Shown: one piece after another, positions 28,401 to 37,034 of the stretch | Numbering within the stretch: the stretch's first letter is position 1 | Layout: each line of letters opens with the position of its first letter | Virus record (IMG/VR): IMGVR_UViG_3300043449_002675 | Coordinates: 1 to 64,000 of that record | DNA length: 64,000 bases | Strand: one strand, 5' to 3' | From: a virus | Translations under genes and position numbers: made by a program | The notes under the pieces: generated by a model | What the model saw: the letters and a program-made list of their open reading frames with translations, nothing else | Told to the model about the DNA's origin: nothing | Database searches by the model: none

Positions 28401-30165
28401 AAAAATTTCCGAGGCTGTCACAGCAATAATGGGCTTATATAACACTGTTGTTAAAGGCACAGCAGGTGTATCCATGGAAGGCACAGAGGAAGCAGGGAAT
28501 AGATTGAAGGCTATTTTGCCAGTTATGGAAAGCATTTCTTCTGTTATTGAAAGCATGAACAAGGCATTTGCAGCTCTTAATGAGGAAGATGTAGATGCAA
28601 GTGCTGGTGCAAAATCTACGAGTAAAATTAAAAACCTCGAAAAAACTATTAATGACATGTTGGGCAAAGGTGCTGACAATCCTCTTCTCAATGTGTTTAA
28701 GTTTATTCAATCTGGTCTTATTGCTCCACTCAATGATTTGGATCTTGATCCAGATGAAATAGCAGATGCTGGAAAAACTTTTGAAGGACTTGCCAAAATA
28801 GCAACATCTGTTGCGACATCTATTACTTCCCTAGGGGGCGCTTTCTCTAAAGTTACTATGGGCAAAACATCATATCTTGATGTGGTAACAAAAATTCTTA
28901 AAAACAACAAGGGACAGATTATTGAAATGATCAAGGCACTAGGAGACTTTGTTGTTCCTATTGCCAATCTGGAAATAGATGGCGAAGATGCCGACGATGC
29001 CGCAAAGATCATAGAAGCTTCAAACAAAATTCTCAGAGTGCTTGCAGGAGACAAGGGCGATGCCGAAATGGGTCTTATAGGATATATGGGAAATAGATTA
29101 AGGCAGATCGGCGAACAGGTGGCAAAACAAGGTGGTGGTGTTGAACCAAGTCTGGCACAAAAGGCAAAAACAGGCTTGGAGAATTTTGCAAAGACATGGG
29201 AAACTATGCTTCCTGCAATTAACACACTAATTATGAAAACAGTAGAACATGGCGGTAGTGGAGACGATGCAGAAGAAGCGGCGAAGATAATTGCCGGTAG
29301 TGAAAAGATAGTAAAAGCACTGCCATCTTTGTTGGAGAACATGTCAAAGAGTTTGCCAACCTTGGCACAGCAGGCTGCAAATATAGCACAGCAAGCGGGA
29401 TTGGGGCAGCAGTTACAGGGCAAAGGACCGGCATTAGCTAATTTGCTTATCGGTGTTTTTGATTTCTTACGAGTGGGTGTCATAGAGCCTATTGGCAATC
29501 TTGAAATGAATTATGACATTGAGGATGTTGCTCAAACACTAACAGATGCAAGCACTTTGGCTGAAACTTTGGCGGGGCCAGTATCAACAATAGCAGCCAA
29601 TCTATCTAATCTCGATTTAACTCAAATAGATTTTTCCAAAATGACAAATTTTGGACCTTTATTCCAAGGATTGAATAATTTGGCAAATGAGATCATGAGA
29701 GCAAATCTTCCTGATTTAGCTACAAATCTTACTCAAGCAGCCACAGATCTTGCTCTCGTTGACCAAGCTTTGCAAAGTTTAGTAGCAAGCTTTGCAGGAA
29801 TTTCCGGAAGCTTGAATTCCTTGCAAGGAATGGGAAATCTAAATGTTAGTGCTAATGTAAGTCAAACAGCAACTACAGCAGTAGAGAATCCAGCTAACCA
29901 AGCAGCCAAAACTGTAGACATGAGCTTGGCACCAACTGCTATGGGTGCTGCACAGAGTGCTGATATGTCTAAGCTTACTGCAGCCGCTGAAGCAACAGCC
30001 AACAACACTGCACAAATGCTGTCTTTAATGCGTAGTTACCAGCAGGCACCTGCAGCGTCTGCACCAAGCAAGAGATCTACTGCATCAGGTGGTGATACTG
30101 GATCTTTCAGGGCTAGGCAACAGCTAAAATTTAGTAGTGCCACAGATGCGGCAAACTTTAAATAG
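22468..30165 (+). CDS. Tail tape measure protein
   Basis: 2565 aa, Ala-rich and helical with a long hydrophobic multi-TM middle; lies directly before the baseplate genes. Confidence 0.8.
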   Translation: MAVDLTGNSFEGSMEDLKAAMMGLTAATTGVKSTLDTKMPDYKAMLDELKKLPSFLNGFNNTVRDLTAAVDALGKKPSGGGGGSGTIDAQPIVDAVTKLQDCLCGNQVNKQEKHFLSLQFKMFKNVLGMYFQPLKKSEAAVTPAPSTAPVPAGGGEEDSGSRRRRRSYYDDDYDNLPVKFLKFIENLRGKVEHAFLGFDEKSTVTSKLLGDMVAVENRFNIQLKETAFEVAGISSEMKSAQKAYTDVGQSVAETGVNRTKYLEQYTENFRAGITDAKVLSRVTKQTLATEKQLGMEVGSLSETFRDLTLSGKLNTVQIGAMGRGMQEVARNTGLTGKHLQAALSDSKPFLDNLKKAATFSAASAKNILEIAANAKKLGVEDSTKNLLSAATSTVNLITGANDETKAFLYNAAGRVGKITQLQLGVLTRTKKGIKDLASGMEDVLKGFGVQSIEEIENLPDEIKFRLNLQLKGAFGMELGEITRTVQAFKEAGKGLSDRLGEINKKRELNLTLEEKAKLAEEERRLRAGATLDVLTGLSEASKGAKSMDEAMARFSNRLPEFSDDIKALGGDFSSAKGAAKFSIESAVKSLNEGLTKVGEKPLEIDQMQIEKALSNKDEYNLLMERLNEANNKLATAQKAELDPVLKTSLTLEKYNDYFRDQFSKPALDILKAQLGFQGMMAFALSSMAASGLLNLRQLYVTFEDSLETLGNRLGIKQPEWLKSILGWFKPKAVSPTGPSPAPAPGPAPGPAPGPTPGPAPGPAPGCPDLSNFQFNVNKELFVKAAKVLGAMVVGIAMLSAAIALLAAIVKIYSNVVGIDPLKVAYDISAIILAGAIILTEAGLAAWALQKAYDTYGKDLMVWSQGGWVLLFAVILAGVAAALIAISTGILYLGNSLAQKAGFTSPQQAAETGALITAILTAGLIILSAVGAFAYGFAKALPSFFAAFAALGPLSVWAGVGIAAMFLIGLPALGAFMVAVSIGLLKLADYILGAVDIDMGRLQETAKTISILAGSALIVMLAIAGSAAAVMGTAALMAKLKEYNVGLEEINKSLYLLGKIGLSLVGLIGVLSLVVAGINQIDVGSKEQEFKNAENILNLVNKMLLAMAPMLAVVIALTAALTYLSIQQQSVADETQRIDIYDVIANAGAVMTFLLGLFTLLPPMVAGIINLTSKLVALVADPKQLESQVTALQSIMMSFYKAMLIMLPMVAIALGIGILMQKIGVGVVAAAKLLGKGLAILTVLIAVGTVLMSIGIGVAYFLNNMLSGEMFTNEGADLFATRISNLAYVMGAMALYITLAAAAAAWATLAVIAAGVTFLLFSGALATFGWTFYLAMAGLATVNEALNQISFKDLMLMPLKLSAVTMSLYLLVRSFDLLRTLDVSGVDEAAGKMRSLATPTLEVAKILNDLNIALYQVVNMAGAEAGPKALSIVVETAKNISQFFYDITTMDMPDAAKLQKAYFKFVTVAGYVAEFVTIVKHIAIIPKVLKFTPALAKKASQTYVEMSTMMTSFLQALTAYADSVEKFKSMQWDKFAMGLLGTKEKDTIRDMIKFSQTLVETTAKLGEEFDAEQHLNAVGALENAGNVLALFAKAMESFQAGQKAVTGAVEGYSAGIKERSRALRKAGKNDGETDEFVNVSKDLLQSMTKIIKVIYDNLANNQYLHANNVAMMADKLNNLSSAIDVFGKSMENISSKLNALFKYESTWFGLGSKATGEGAKLSESAAGVRVGVIEIFDAIDTIFKTFTEKQRHDSWVKSLTELEKFQDIFGKVTSAMGKIADTFKVFYDVVTKKFANIAPDKTFFKNADGEHKDWSKFNAFVDKMGDAMSSLGSIVTIVVDKINTNLTVDNSAVQAVIAKIGKIDPFLRSLVSVATSIQQLDQMGGVNVPEGQTIKDSGNRLAEAAAGVLSVANDIAVKTANIDMAGTATAALKLAAVSKFIDPLVNFLKMFSDKSDLLAKANKDASVVPPVDNIKTNAPKISEAVTAIMGLYNTVVKGTAGVSMEGTEEAGNRLKAILPVMESISSVIESMNKAFAALNEEDVDASAGAKSTSKIKNLEKTINDMLGKGADNPLLNVFKFIQSGLIAPLNDLDLDPDEIADAGKTFEGLAKIATSVATSITSLGGAFSKVTMGKTSYLDVVTKILKNNKGQIIEMIKALGDFVVPIANLEIDGEDADDAAKIIEASNKILRVLAGDKGDAEMGLIGYMGNRLRQIGEQVAKQGGGVEPSLAQKAKTGLENFAKTWETMLPAINTLIMKTVEHGGSGDDAEEAAKIIAGSEKIVKALPSLLENMSKSLPTLAQQAANIAQQAGLGQQLQGKGPALANLLIGVFDFLRVGVIEPIGNLEMNYDIEDVAQTLTDASTLAETLAGPVSTIAANLSNLDLTQIDFSKMTNFGPLFQGLNNLANEIMRANLPDLATNLTQAATDLALVDQALQSLVASFAGISGSLNSLQGMGNLNVSANVSQTATTAVENPANQAAKTVDMSLAPTAMGAAQSADMSKLTAAAEATANNTAQMLSLMRSYQQAPAASAPSKRSTASGGDTGSFRARQQLKFSSATDAANFK
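24691..24762 (+). repeat. 12-bp tandem repeat x6 (CCTGCGCCCGGA; encodes PAPG)
   Basis: In-frame GC-rich repeat inside the tape measure gene. Confidence 0.9.
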
Positions 30166-30174
30166 GGGTAATTG

Positions 30175-30717
30175 ATGCTAGGGACAACAGATACAGGAAT
30201 TTTTAGATTTGTAGATGACTGTTACATACAAGTGGGTTCCCTTGCGCCTATAAGAATGTATATTATGCCTGATATTTCGGACAGTCATAGTGCAAACTGG
30301 CCAACGCAAAACGGCATAGGTCGCAGTTTGCCTGCCTACACTTTCGGAAATGGCGAAGCCAGAACAATAAGTTGGACAATACACTTATATGCCGATTACC
30401 CAGATAGATTAATATATAATTTGCAAACTCTTAGGATTATCGAGAGCTGTACTTATCCAAGAAACGGAACAGGAGCATTGCCTTTTGTTCCTCCAAGTAT
30501 TTGCAAATTGAAATGTGGAGCAACTTTGGGAAGTTATCCTATAGCTGCTGTTTTGAAAAGTTACAGCGTATCTTTTCCAGTTGACGTTCCTTGGAGCGAA
30601 AATATAAGCGGTTATGGTCCTATTCCATACAAGTTTGATATACAATGTAGTTTCGAAGTTGTCTACGATGCAAGCCAGTTGCCCGGAGCTGAAAGAATAA
30701 TTACTGAAGGTAATTAA
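30175..30717 (+). CDS. Tail tube initiator / baseplate protein (gp48/gp54- or CIS-tube-like)
   Basis: ISDSHSANW...IGRSLPAYTF...RTISW...YP...PPSICKL...VLKSYSVSF..PW. Confidence 0.65.
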   Translation: MLGTTDTGIFRFVDDCYIQVGSLAPIRMYIMPDISDSHSANWPTQNGIGRSLPAYTFGNGEARTISWTIHLYADYPDRLIYNLQTLRIIESCTYPRNGTGALPFVPPSICKLKCGATLGSYPIAAVLKSYSVSFPVDVPWSENISGYGPIPYKFDIQCSFEVVYDASQLPGAERIITEGN

Positions 30718-30739
30718 TATTATATAACTGAGGGAACTT

Positions 30740-31072
30740 ATGGCTAATTTATTTACTTTTGCTGATTCATTGATTCCAACTGATTACGTTGTTACAACCA
30801 GCAGGTATGTAAACAGCGATGTTGGATTTTATGGTCCGCAAAATAAAATAACATTCAACATTTATCAGAGAAAACAATTTGCCGTGAGTGCCGATGATAG
30901 GTACATTCTTATTACGCCCGGTTACGAGTATAGACCCGATTTAGTTAGCCAGAAGGCTTATGGGCTGCCGGACTATTGGTGGATATTACTTCAAGCAAAC
31001 AATATAAATGATGTTTACCAATTTACAACTGGCAAAACCATAAGAATTCCGGCTGATATAACAAGTATTTAG
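30740..31072 (+). CDS. Baseplate wedge protein, gp53/LysM-like
   Basis: YRPDLVSQKAYGLPDYWWILLQANNI...GKTIRIP. Confidence 0.8.
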   Translation: MANLFTFADSLIPTDYVVTTSRYVNSDVGFYGPQNKITFNIYQRKQFAVSADDRYILITPGYEYRPDLVSQKAYGLPDYWWILLQANNINDVYQFTTGKTIRIPADITSI

Positions 31073-31079
31073 GTGAATT

Positions 31080-32699
31080 ATGGCTAGAGCAGGTAGAACA
31101 TGTTTATTACCGGGTGCAGCAAAACAATTTGCTTGTGGAATTATAGCAAAGCCCCTGATAAACAACTTTAATCAGGCTGTAAAAACTGGTTTTGTAAACA
31201 TTATCATGGTTAGCAAGCAAAATGGTGGTAAAAAAATTACAGTAGGAAATAAATCTTCTCCATTTTATCAAAATAGAACTTTTGTAAAAAACTTTCAGTT
31301 TGGCGGCAATAACAACGCTAGTGCATCGTTTACTCTATATGATGCATCTGGTAATGATATAGGAGTATTCTTAGACTCCCTTTACTTGGACAGTTGTACC
31401 GCTTCTAATAATACTGTTTTAGTGGAGTTTGGTTGGATTTTGCAGAATACCGATGGTTCTGTAACTAAGTACAGTACTGCTGATAAAACATATGCTCCTT
31501 ATGCACGTATAGATCCAAAAGCAAAACCAAATCCCGGCGGCTTATTGGGTTTTGTTGTAGGGAAAATACAAGTACAGCCTGACGCTGGTGGTGGATGGCT
31601 ATACACTGTAGAGTTGCAAACTTTGCTAGACAAAAGAAACAGAAGAAATAAACTTGCAACTCCTGCAGGAACAAACAATCATCCAGAGAATTTGAAATCT
31701 GCGTCTAAAAAAGCTCTCAGAAAGATTTGCCCAAAGAGCAAAAAGAATGCTGGCGCAGTAATATTTGCCAGAGAAGATAGTAGAGGACTTTTGTCTGAAT
31801 TTGGATTCCCAAATAATGAGGGTGGTTTTCAAGGACCAAGAAGCGTATGGGATCCTAATCGTTTAAGCTGTGTTGGTGCTGTCAGAAACTGGTTTAATGG
31901 ACAAAGAACTGACCGTGGGCTGGGCATGACGATTTATACTGATCCCAGTGTTGATACGCCAAATATTGTTGTTCTTGAATCTGATCCTAGTTGGTGCTTG
32001 AATCCCAGAGTAAAATATTGCCCACAAAAAAGTGGTCCAAAATATATTTATATCGTAAATGGTGGAGACTGCAGTCCTGTTTTGCAAGACGGATTTAGAC
32101 CTACGGTAACATATTTTGCAAATGCTAGACCGCAGGGCGGCGGTACTACGGGCATGTCTAGCAAAGCGGTGCAAGCCGAAGGCAGAAAGGTTAACCCGTG
32201 TCCGCAAAACGTCAATAATCAATTTGAAAATATAGAAGATAACGCCGAAGGCATACAAACCCTAGTAACAGTACCAAGTGCTGCTATGAATTATAGATTT
32301 CCAACAGATGCAGTAGAAAAACAAGCAGTGGCAATTAATGCAAATCTGATCGCTAACGCTGGTCGTATTATGACATCAAATATAGAGGCTGATTTAAAAA
32401 TACAGGGTAATCCAGAATATGTGAATATAGCAAGATGTCAAGGATTGCAGGTCGGCATAATATACATGAATATACCTCAAGTGTATGCTGGACAGCAGCC
32501 CGGAATTCAAGGGCCAGCCCAGCCAAACCAAACTGATTGGTTGGCGCAACCTTATGTAAATAATACTTTTAGTCGCTTAGACTATCTTATTCAAGGCGTA
32601 AGTCACAACATCGATGATGGTGGTGATTATACGACAACTTTAAGAGTTCAGGCAATTCCTGAGCAAGCAAAAAAGAACAAGAAAAAGAAAAACAATTAG
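31080..32699 (+). CDS. Baseplate hub protein (gp27-like)
   Basis: Position; VLVEFGW, ADLKIQGNP and YLIQGVSHNI...YTTTL. Confidence 0.65.
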   Translation: MARAGRTCLLPGAAKQFACGIIAKPLINNFNQAVKTGFVNIIMVSKQNGGKKITVGNKSSPFYQNRTFVKNFQFGGNNNASASFTLYDASGNDIGVFLDSLYLDSCTASNNTVLVEFGWILQNTDGSVTKYSTADKTYAPYARIDPKAKPNPGGLLGFVVGKIQVQPDAGGGWLYTVELQTLLDKRNRRNKLATPAGTNNHPENLKSASKKALRKICPKSKKNAGAVIFAREDSRGLLSEFGFPNNEGGFQGPRSVWDPNRLSCVGAVRNWFNGQRTDRGLGMTIYTDPSVDTPNIVVLESDPSWCLNPRVKYCPQKSGPKYIYIVNGGDCSPVLQDGFRPTVTYFANARPQGGGTTGMSSKAVQAEGRKVNPCPQNVNNQFENIEDNAEGIQTLVTVPSAAMNYRFPTDAVEKQAVAINANLIANAGRIMTSNIEADLKIQGNPEYVNIARCQGLQVGIIYMNIPQVYAGQQPGIQGPAQPNQTDWLAQPYVNNTFSRLDYLIQGVSHNIDDGGDYTTTLRVQAIPEQAKKNKKKKNN

Positions 32700-32706
32700 G
32701 TGAAAT

Positions 32707-34947
32707 ATGGCCGGAAATCCTTTTATGCCCCGTCAAGGTTATGCTATTGCAGATCAAGGCGATGATGATAGATTATTGAAACTTGAAGAGAAAATGTTTC
32801 GAGTCGAGGAATTCATAAATCTGGCAGAACAAACAAAAGATACACAAACTGATATTAATCAAGGCTCATATGGTGTGTTTCTTGGCTACTGTGTAGACAC
32901 ACTCGATATTTACAAACAAAATAGAATACGATTCTTTTGCCCTTTGTTTCATCGTCCTGACACACCTATAGGCAGCTTGCCATTTGCGCTGCCAATTACC
33001 AATTTTGGCGGCATTGATGATTGTGGTGGCAACTGGGTGCCTCCAGCAGGCTCTACTGTAGCTTTGGTTTTTGAAGGCGGAGACAGATTGAGCCCGTTTT
33101 ATCTAGGCACAACTTGGACAAGACTTAATGGAGGGTTGTTTCAAGGCGAATATTACAATATTCCCATGACAGAATATGATTTGTTGTACAAGGGGCAGAG
33201 AGGAGGCTATTTGTGTGGTCCTAATAATGGAACGCAAGTTCTGCCACCTTGGAATACTGAGAGCTATAACGGCTTTGACATCACCTCTGTATCTGATATA
33301 AACAATGCTCCCAATTTATTGCAGAAAATGACGTTCCCTAACATTTATGGATTCAAAACACCTCAAAAACACATGTTTAAGATGGTGGATGGAGATGCCA
33401 AGTGTAATCAAAAGTGGAAAAGAATAGAAATATTATCCGGATGTGGAAACTGGATGATCATGAAAGATGATCACTTACACTATTGTGGACAGTGGGCACA
33501 TCCAGTATGCGGTGCCGTTCCGGGAGATACTAGTTGTCAGGTTGGTATAGTAAATCCCCCTCCACAAACAGCCATAGATGCTAATGGCGTACTGGTTCCA
33601 GCCGAACCTGCCGGCGGATCAAATGTTTTTAGTTCGGAAGTTAGCGAAATAGAAGATGCATATGCGACTATAAATTTCTTCGGGGAAAAGAAAGAAAACC
33701 CGTCCGGATCTTCATTATGTGGCGGTAGAACGATTGGCGGGAATCCAGACTATCCGGGCAAAAATACACAGAGAGGTGCAAATCCTTTTTTCAAACAACA
33801 AAGTGAGTGCCGCCCATATCGTGGACCGCAAACACCACAAAATAACAAATGTGACTTACCACAGTCTGGCATTCAGTTATTAAGCATCTCTGGTCACACC
33901 TTTGTTATGGATGATTCTGTCGAAGCTCCTCAAGGTGGCATGGAGTGGCAAAGAAGTACGCAGCCTTTTGATTTCGGTTGCACAAACAAATATCTTGGAA
34001 GAACCTATTGGAAAAGCAGCACGGGACATCAAATAGTTTTAGATGACAGCGAATTAATGGGTTCTGCCAAAGAAACAAGAAGTATTAACAACGGCATTCA
34101 GTTGCTCACAGCTTTAGGAAATCAAATTTATCTTTCCGATTCATCTGCCGGCCCTACATGTCCAAGTTTGGCAACTGAGCAGCAGGGTATAAGCGTAAGA
34201 AGCACCAGCGGTCATAGATTGATCATGAGTGACAACAATAATGATCGCCAAATCCCTTGCAGGAAAGGATATGGCTATCCAAATCCGCAGAATAATGCCA
34301 AAAATGCTTACATCGAAATGCGTAGCGGTTATGGGCTAGCTTTGGAGATGTTCGATGGAGCAAGTCAAAAAGAGGCTAGTGACGATACTTACATGCGATT
34401 GCTGGCACCACAAACTGGCAATGATAGAGGTCCTCATTTTCTTCAATTCCAAGAAAGAAAGAGTCAAAATGGCTATGTTCTTTTGAGGGCAGGAGGAGAT
34501 TATAGGTTAGAAACCTTTGGCGGCGTGTCTGAAATTATCGGATTCAGCGACAGTCAAAATAGTGTTGGTAACAGAGTTACACAGATCAAAAACAACAGTT
34601 TTGAACTGGTAAATCAGACTCGCTATCAAAAAAATGCATTAAATCTAAACATAAGTGATACTAAATCTTTAATTTTGGCTGGAAAAGACTACGATCAAAA
34701 GCCTTCTAAAGAACAATTACAAGCTGAAGAGGATGCCAGAGCAGCCGGTTTGCCCGTTCCGCCAAGGGAAAAAGTCCCGAATGTATGCCCAGTTGTGGTT
34801 TTTGACGGTGCGAGAGGCTTATTGGTATGCAGCGATAGGGTTTTTGCTAGTGCGAGCCCTAATGCACCGCCTGCAAGCATATTCAATTTAACACCTTTGA
34901 CGCCTTATAAGAATATTGATGAGTTCAAAAAAGCTCTTAAGTCATAA
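32707..34947 (+). CDS. Baseplate spike gp5/VgrG-like protein
   Basis: OB-fold DTLD..RIRF...WVPPAGSTVALVFEGGD..PFYLG; repeated SGH-x-L/F-x-M/L-DD beta-helix units. Confidence 0.85.
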   Translation: MAGNPFMPRQGYAIADQGDDDRLLKLEEKMFRVEEFINLAEQTKDTQTDINQGSYGVFLGYCVDTLDIYKQNRIRFFCPLFHRPDTPIGSLPFALPITNFGGIDDCGGNWVPPAGSTVALVFEGGDRLSPFYLGTTWTRLNGGLFQGEYYNIPMTEYDLLYKGQRGGYLCGPNNGTQVLPPWNTESYNGFDITSVSDINNAPNLLQKMTFPNIYGFKTPQKHMFKMVDGDAKCNQKWKRIEILSGCGNWMIMKDDHLHYCGQWAHPVCGAVPGDTSCQVGIVNPPPQTAIDANGVLVPAEPAGGSNVFSSEVSEIEDAYATINFFGEKKENPSGSSLCGGRTIGGNPDYPGKNTQRGANPFFKQQSECRPYRGPQTPQNNKCDLPQSGIQLLSISGHTFVMDDSVEAPQGGMEWQRSTQPFDFGCTNKYLGRTYWKSSTGHQIVLDDSELMGSAKETRSINNGIQLLTALGNQIYLSDSSAGPTCPSLATEQQGISVRSTSGHRLIMSDNNNDRQIPCRKGYGYPNPQNNAKNAYIEMRSGYGLALEMFDGASQKEASDDTYMRLLAPQTGNDRGPHFLQFQERKSQNGYVLLRAGGDYRLETFGGVSEIIGFSDSQNSVGNRVTQIKNNSFELVNQTRYQKNALNLNISDTKSLILAGKDYDQKPSKEQLQAEEDARAAGLPVPPREKVPNVCPVVVFDGARGLLVCSDRVFASASPNAPPASIFNLTPLTPYKNIDEFKKALKS

Positions 34948-35020
34948 TGTTTCTGTGTAGACTATATAATTTATTAGTTGAAAAAACTATTAATAATATG
35001 TAGATTTCGCATGGAGAATC

Positions 35021-35434
35021 ATGGAACTTTTAGGGTGCCCCTATCCAATTGTCAAAACTCCGCTAGGACTTTTGCCTACCGTTTATGACATTCAGGCTGT
35101 TAAGGCAGACCTAATGCAGCTTATTCTTACCAATCCCGGTGAGAGAGTTATGATGCCGGATTTCGGCACGCCATTAAGAAATCTGCTTTTTGAACAAAAT
35201 GATCCTACTATTTACGATAAAATTCGCAGTGTAATAATTGCTTCTGTAGCCCAATGGGAACCAAGAATTGTGGTTACGGAAGTAGAGGTGACTGACGAAA
35301 GCAACCAATCTGGCGCTATAGCCGAATTGAGCAATGCAAATACAAACAGTGTTTATGTGAAAATTAATTTTTACTTGCCAAACAAGATACAGGCATCAGA
35401 AAGATTGGTATTAAAACTACCAACAGGAGAATAA
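35021..35434 (+). CDS. Baseplate wedge subunit gp25
   Basis: LILTNPGERVMMPDFGTPLRNLLFE...WEPRI. Confidence 0.92.
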   Translation: MELLGCPYPIVKTPLGLLPTVYDIQAVKADLMQLILTNPGERVMMPDFGTPLRNLLFEQNDPTIYDKIRSVIIASVAQWEPRIVVTEVEVTDESNQSGAIAELSNANTNSVYVKINFYLPNKIQASERLVLKLPTGE

Positions 35435-35435
35435 A

Positions 35436-37025
35436 ATGGCGGAACTTTGTCCTTTTGAAGTAGCACCGACAAAAATCACATCAAGCCCGAATCGTCCAAC
35501 ACCCGTTAGTTTAAACTATACGAACCAAGATTTTTGGTCGTTGAAAAATCGACTTGTCCAGTATTGCAGAGAAAATTTCGATCAGCAATTTAATGATTTT
35601 ATAGAATCTAGCTTGGCTATCATGCTTATAGAAAACTGGGCATTTATCGGAGATACTCTCAGCTTTAAAACAGACCAAGTGGCAAATGAAGTTTTTATTG
35701 ATACAGTGACAGAACTTGACAGTGCTTTCAGGTTGGCAAAACTAGTCGGATATCAACCAACGCCGCCAATAGCCGGTAAGAGCTTGTGGTCAGCAAAAAT
35801 AAATACTCCACAAGATATAAATCTCATTATACCAACACCTTTAGAAATCGACTTGGTTAACAACAATATTCCTCTAACGATAGAATTATTCCCAGCTGAT
35901 CAGTATGAAAGACCTTTGTTGGATCAGCCAATTATTATTCAGGCTGGTAATTTACAGAACACAAATATTGTAGGACTAGAGGGGCAGACCTATACGCAGT
36001 CATTCATAGGCACTGGGGAAATAAATCAAGTAGTAGTGCTTGAATTTGCGCCAGTGCTTTTGGGAAGCATTAGAGTTTACGTTGATGGACTTCAATGGAA
36101 ACAAGTTCAATTCTTTACGGAAAGTGCGCCATTACAAGAATATAGAATTGAATACAATAGCCAGTATCAGGTGTTCGTATATTTTGGGAATAATAGAGCT
36201 GGCTTAGTACCACCAGCTGGTGCCAATATAACTGTGGTTTATAGAGTTGGCGGAGGAACTATAGGAAATATAGTAAGCAACTTCGTAAATACTGACATTT
36301 TGATTCCTTTGGAAGGCAGGGCTTACTCTGTACCAGTAAACTTCAGCAATTACACAAGGGGCAAGTATGGATATGACGGCGACACAATTGAAGACATAAG
36401 AAGAAACCTTCCTGCTTGGACAAACGTGCAGAACAGAGCTGTAACTGGTTCGGATTACAAGAACTTAGTAGATATTTTCACAACTGCCTATAACGGTAAA
36501 ACAGGAAAAGGGTTGGCCGCTTTAAGGCATAGTGGTTGCAGTGCGAATCTTATAATATTATATGTTTTGGTATCTGAGGGATTGGATGGTCTTGCGCCTC
36601 CTAGTTCACAATTCAAGGCTGAATTACAAGAATATATCGATGCGAAAAAAATGTTAACTGACAGCATTGCTATACAAGACGGCGGGGTTCTTTACACTCA
36701 AATCAACATCGATGTATTTATGACACCTCAATATCAGCCATTTGAGGAAGAAGTTACCGCTGCCATTTTGCGAAACTTGGCAGTATTCTTTAATGTTAAA
36801 AACTGGGATTATGGACAAGCTTTGAGAACGATTGATGTGTTGAAGGCCTTGGCAAATATTAGTCAGCCTTACAAATATGACATACAATTTGTCGTTGAAC
36901 CAGAAAATTTGACTAGCCCACTGCTTCCAAACAACCCGAACCTAACTAATCCTGTAGAGGTAGTGCCTAGGTTTTTTGAAATTATCAGACCAAGTAATAT
37001 TGTTTTGAATTACATTTACGAATAA
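35436..37025 (+). CDS. Baseplate wedge subunit gp6 / baseplate J-like
   Basis: NYTNQDFWSLK, LAKLVGYQP, VYFGNNRAGLVPP, YRVGGGTIGN and QNRAVTGSDY. Confidence 0.9.
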   Translation: MAELCPFEVAPTKITSSPNRPTPVSLNYTNQDFWSLKNRLVQYCRENFDQQFNDFIESSLAIMLIENWAFIGDTLSFKTDQVANEVFIDTVTELDSAFRLAKLVGYQPTPPIAGKSLWSAKINTPQDINLIIPTPLEIDLVNNNIPLTIELFPADQYERPLLDQPIIIQAGNLQNTNIVGLEGQTYTQSFIGTGEINQVVVLEFAPVLLGSIRVYVDGLQWKQVQFFTESAPLQEYRIEYNSQYQVFVYFGNNRAGLVPPAGANITVVYRVGGGTIGNIVSNFVNTDILIPLEGRAYSVPVNFSNYTRGKYGYDGDTIEDIRRNLPAWTNVQNRAVTGSDYKNLVDIFTTAYNGKTGKGLAALRHSGCSANLIILYVLVSEGLDGLAPPSSQFKAELQEYIDAKKMLTDSIAIQDGGVLYTQINIDVFMTPQYQPFEEEVTAAILRNLAVFFNVKNWDYGQALRTIDVLKALANISQPYKYDIQFVVEPENLTSPLLPNNPNLTNPVEVVPRFFEIIRPSNIVLNYIYE

Positions 37026-37034
37026 TGGTGAGAA

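Noticed and set aside
23211-29498. Long antisense ORFs inside the tape measure gene and other large genes
   Set aside because: Shadow frames with no RBS, promoter or recognisable motifs.
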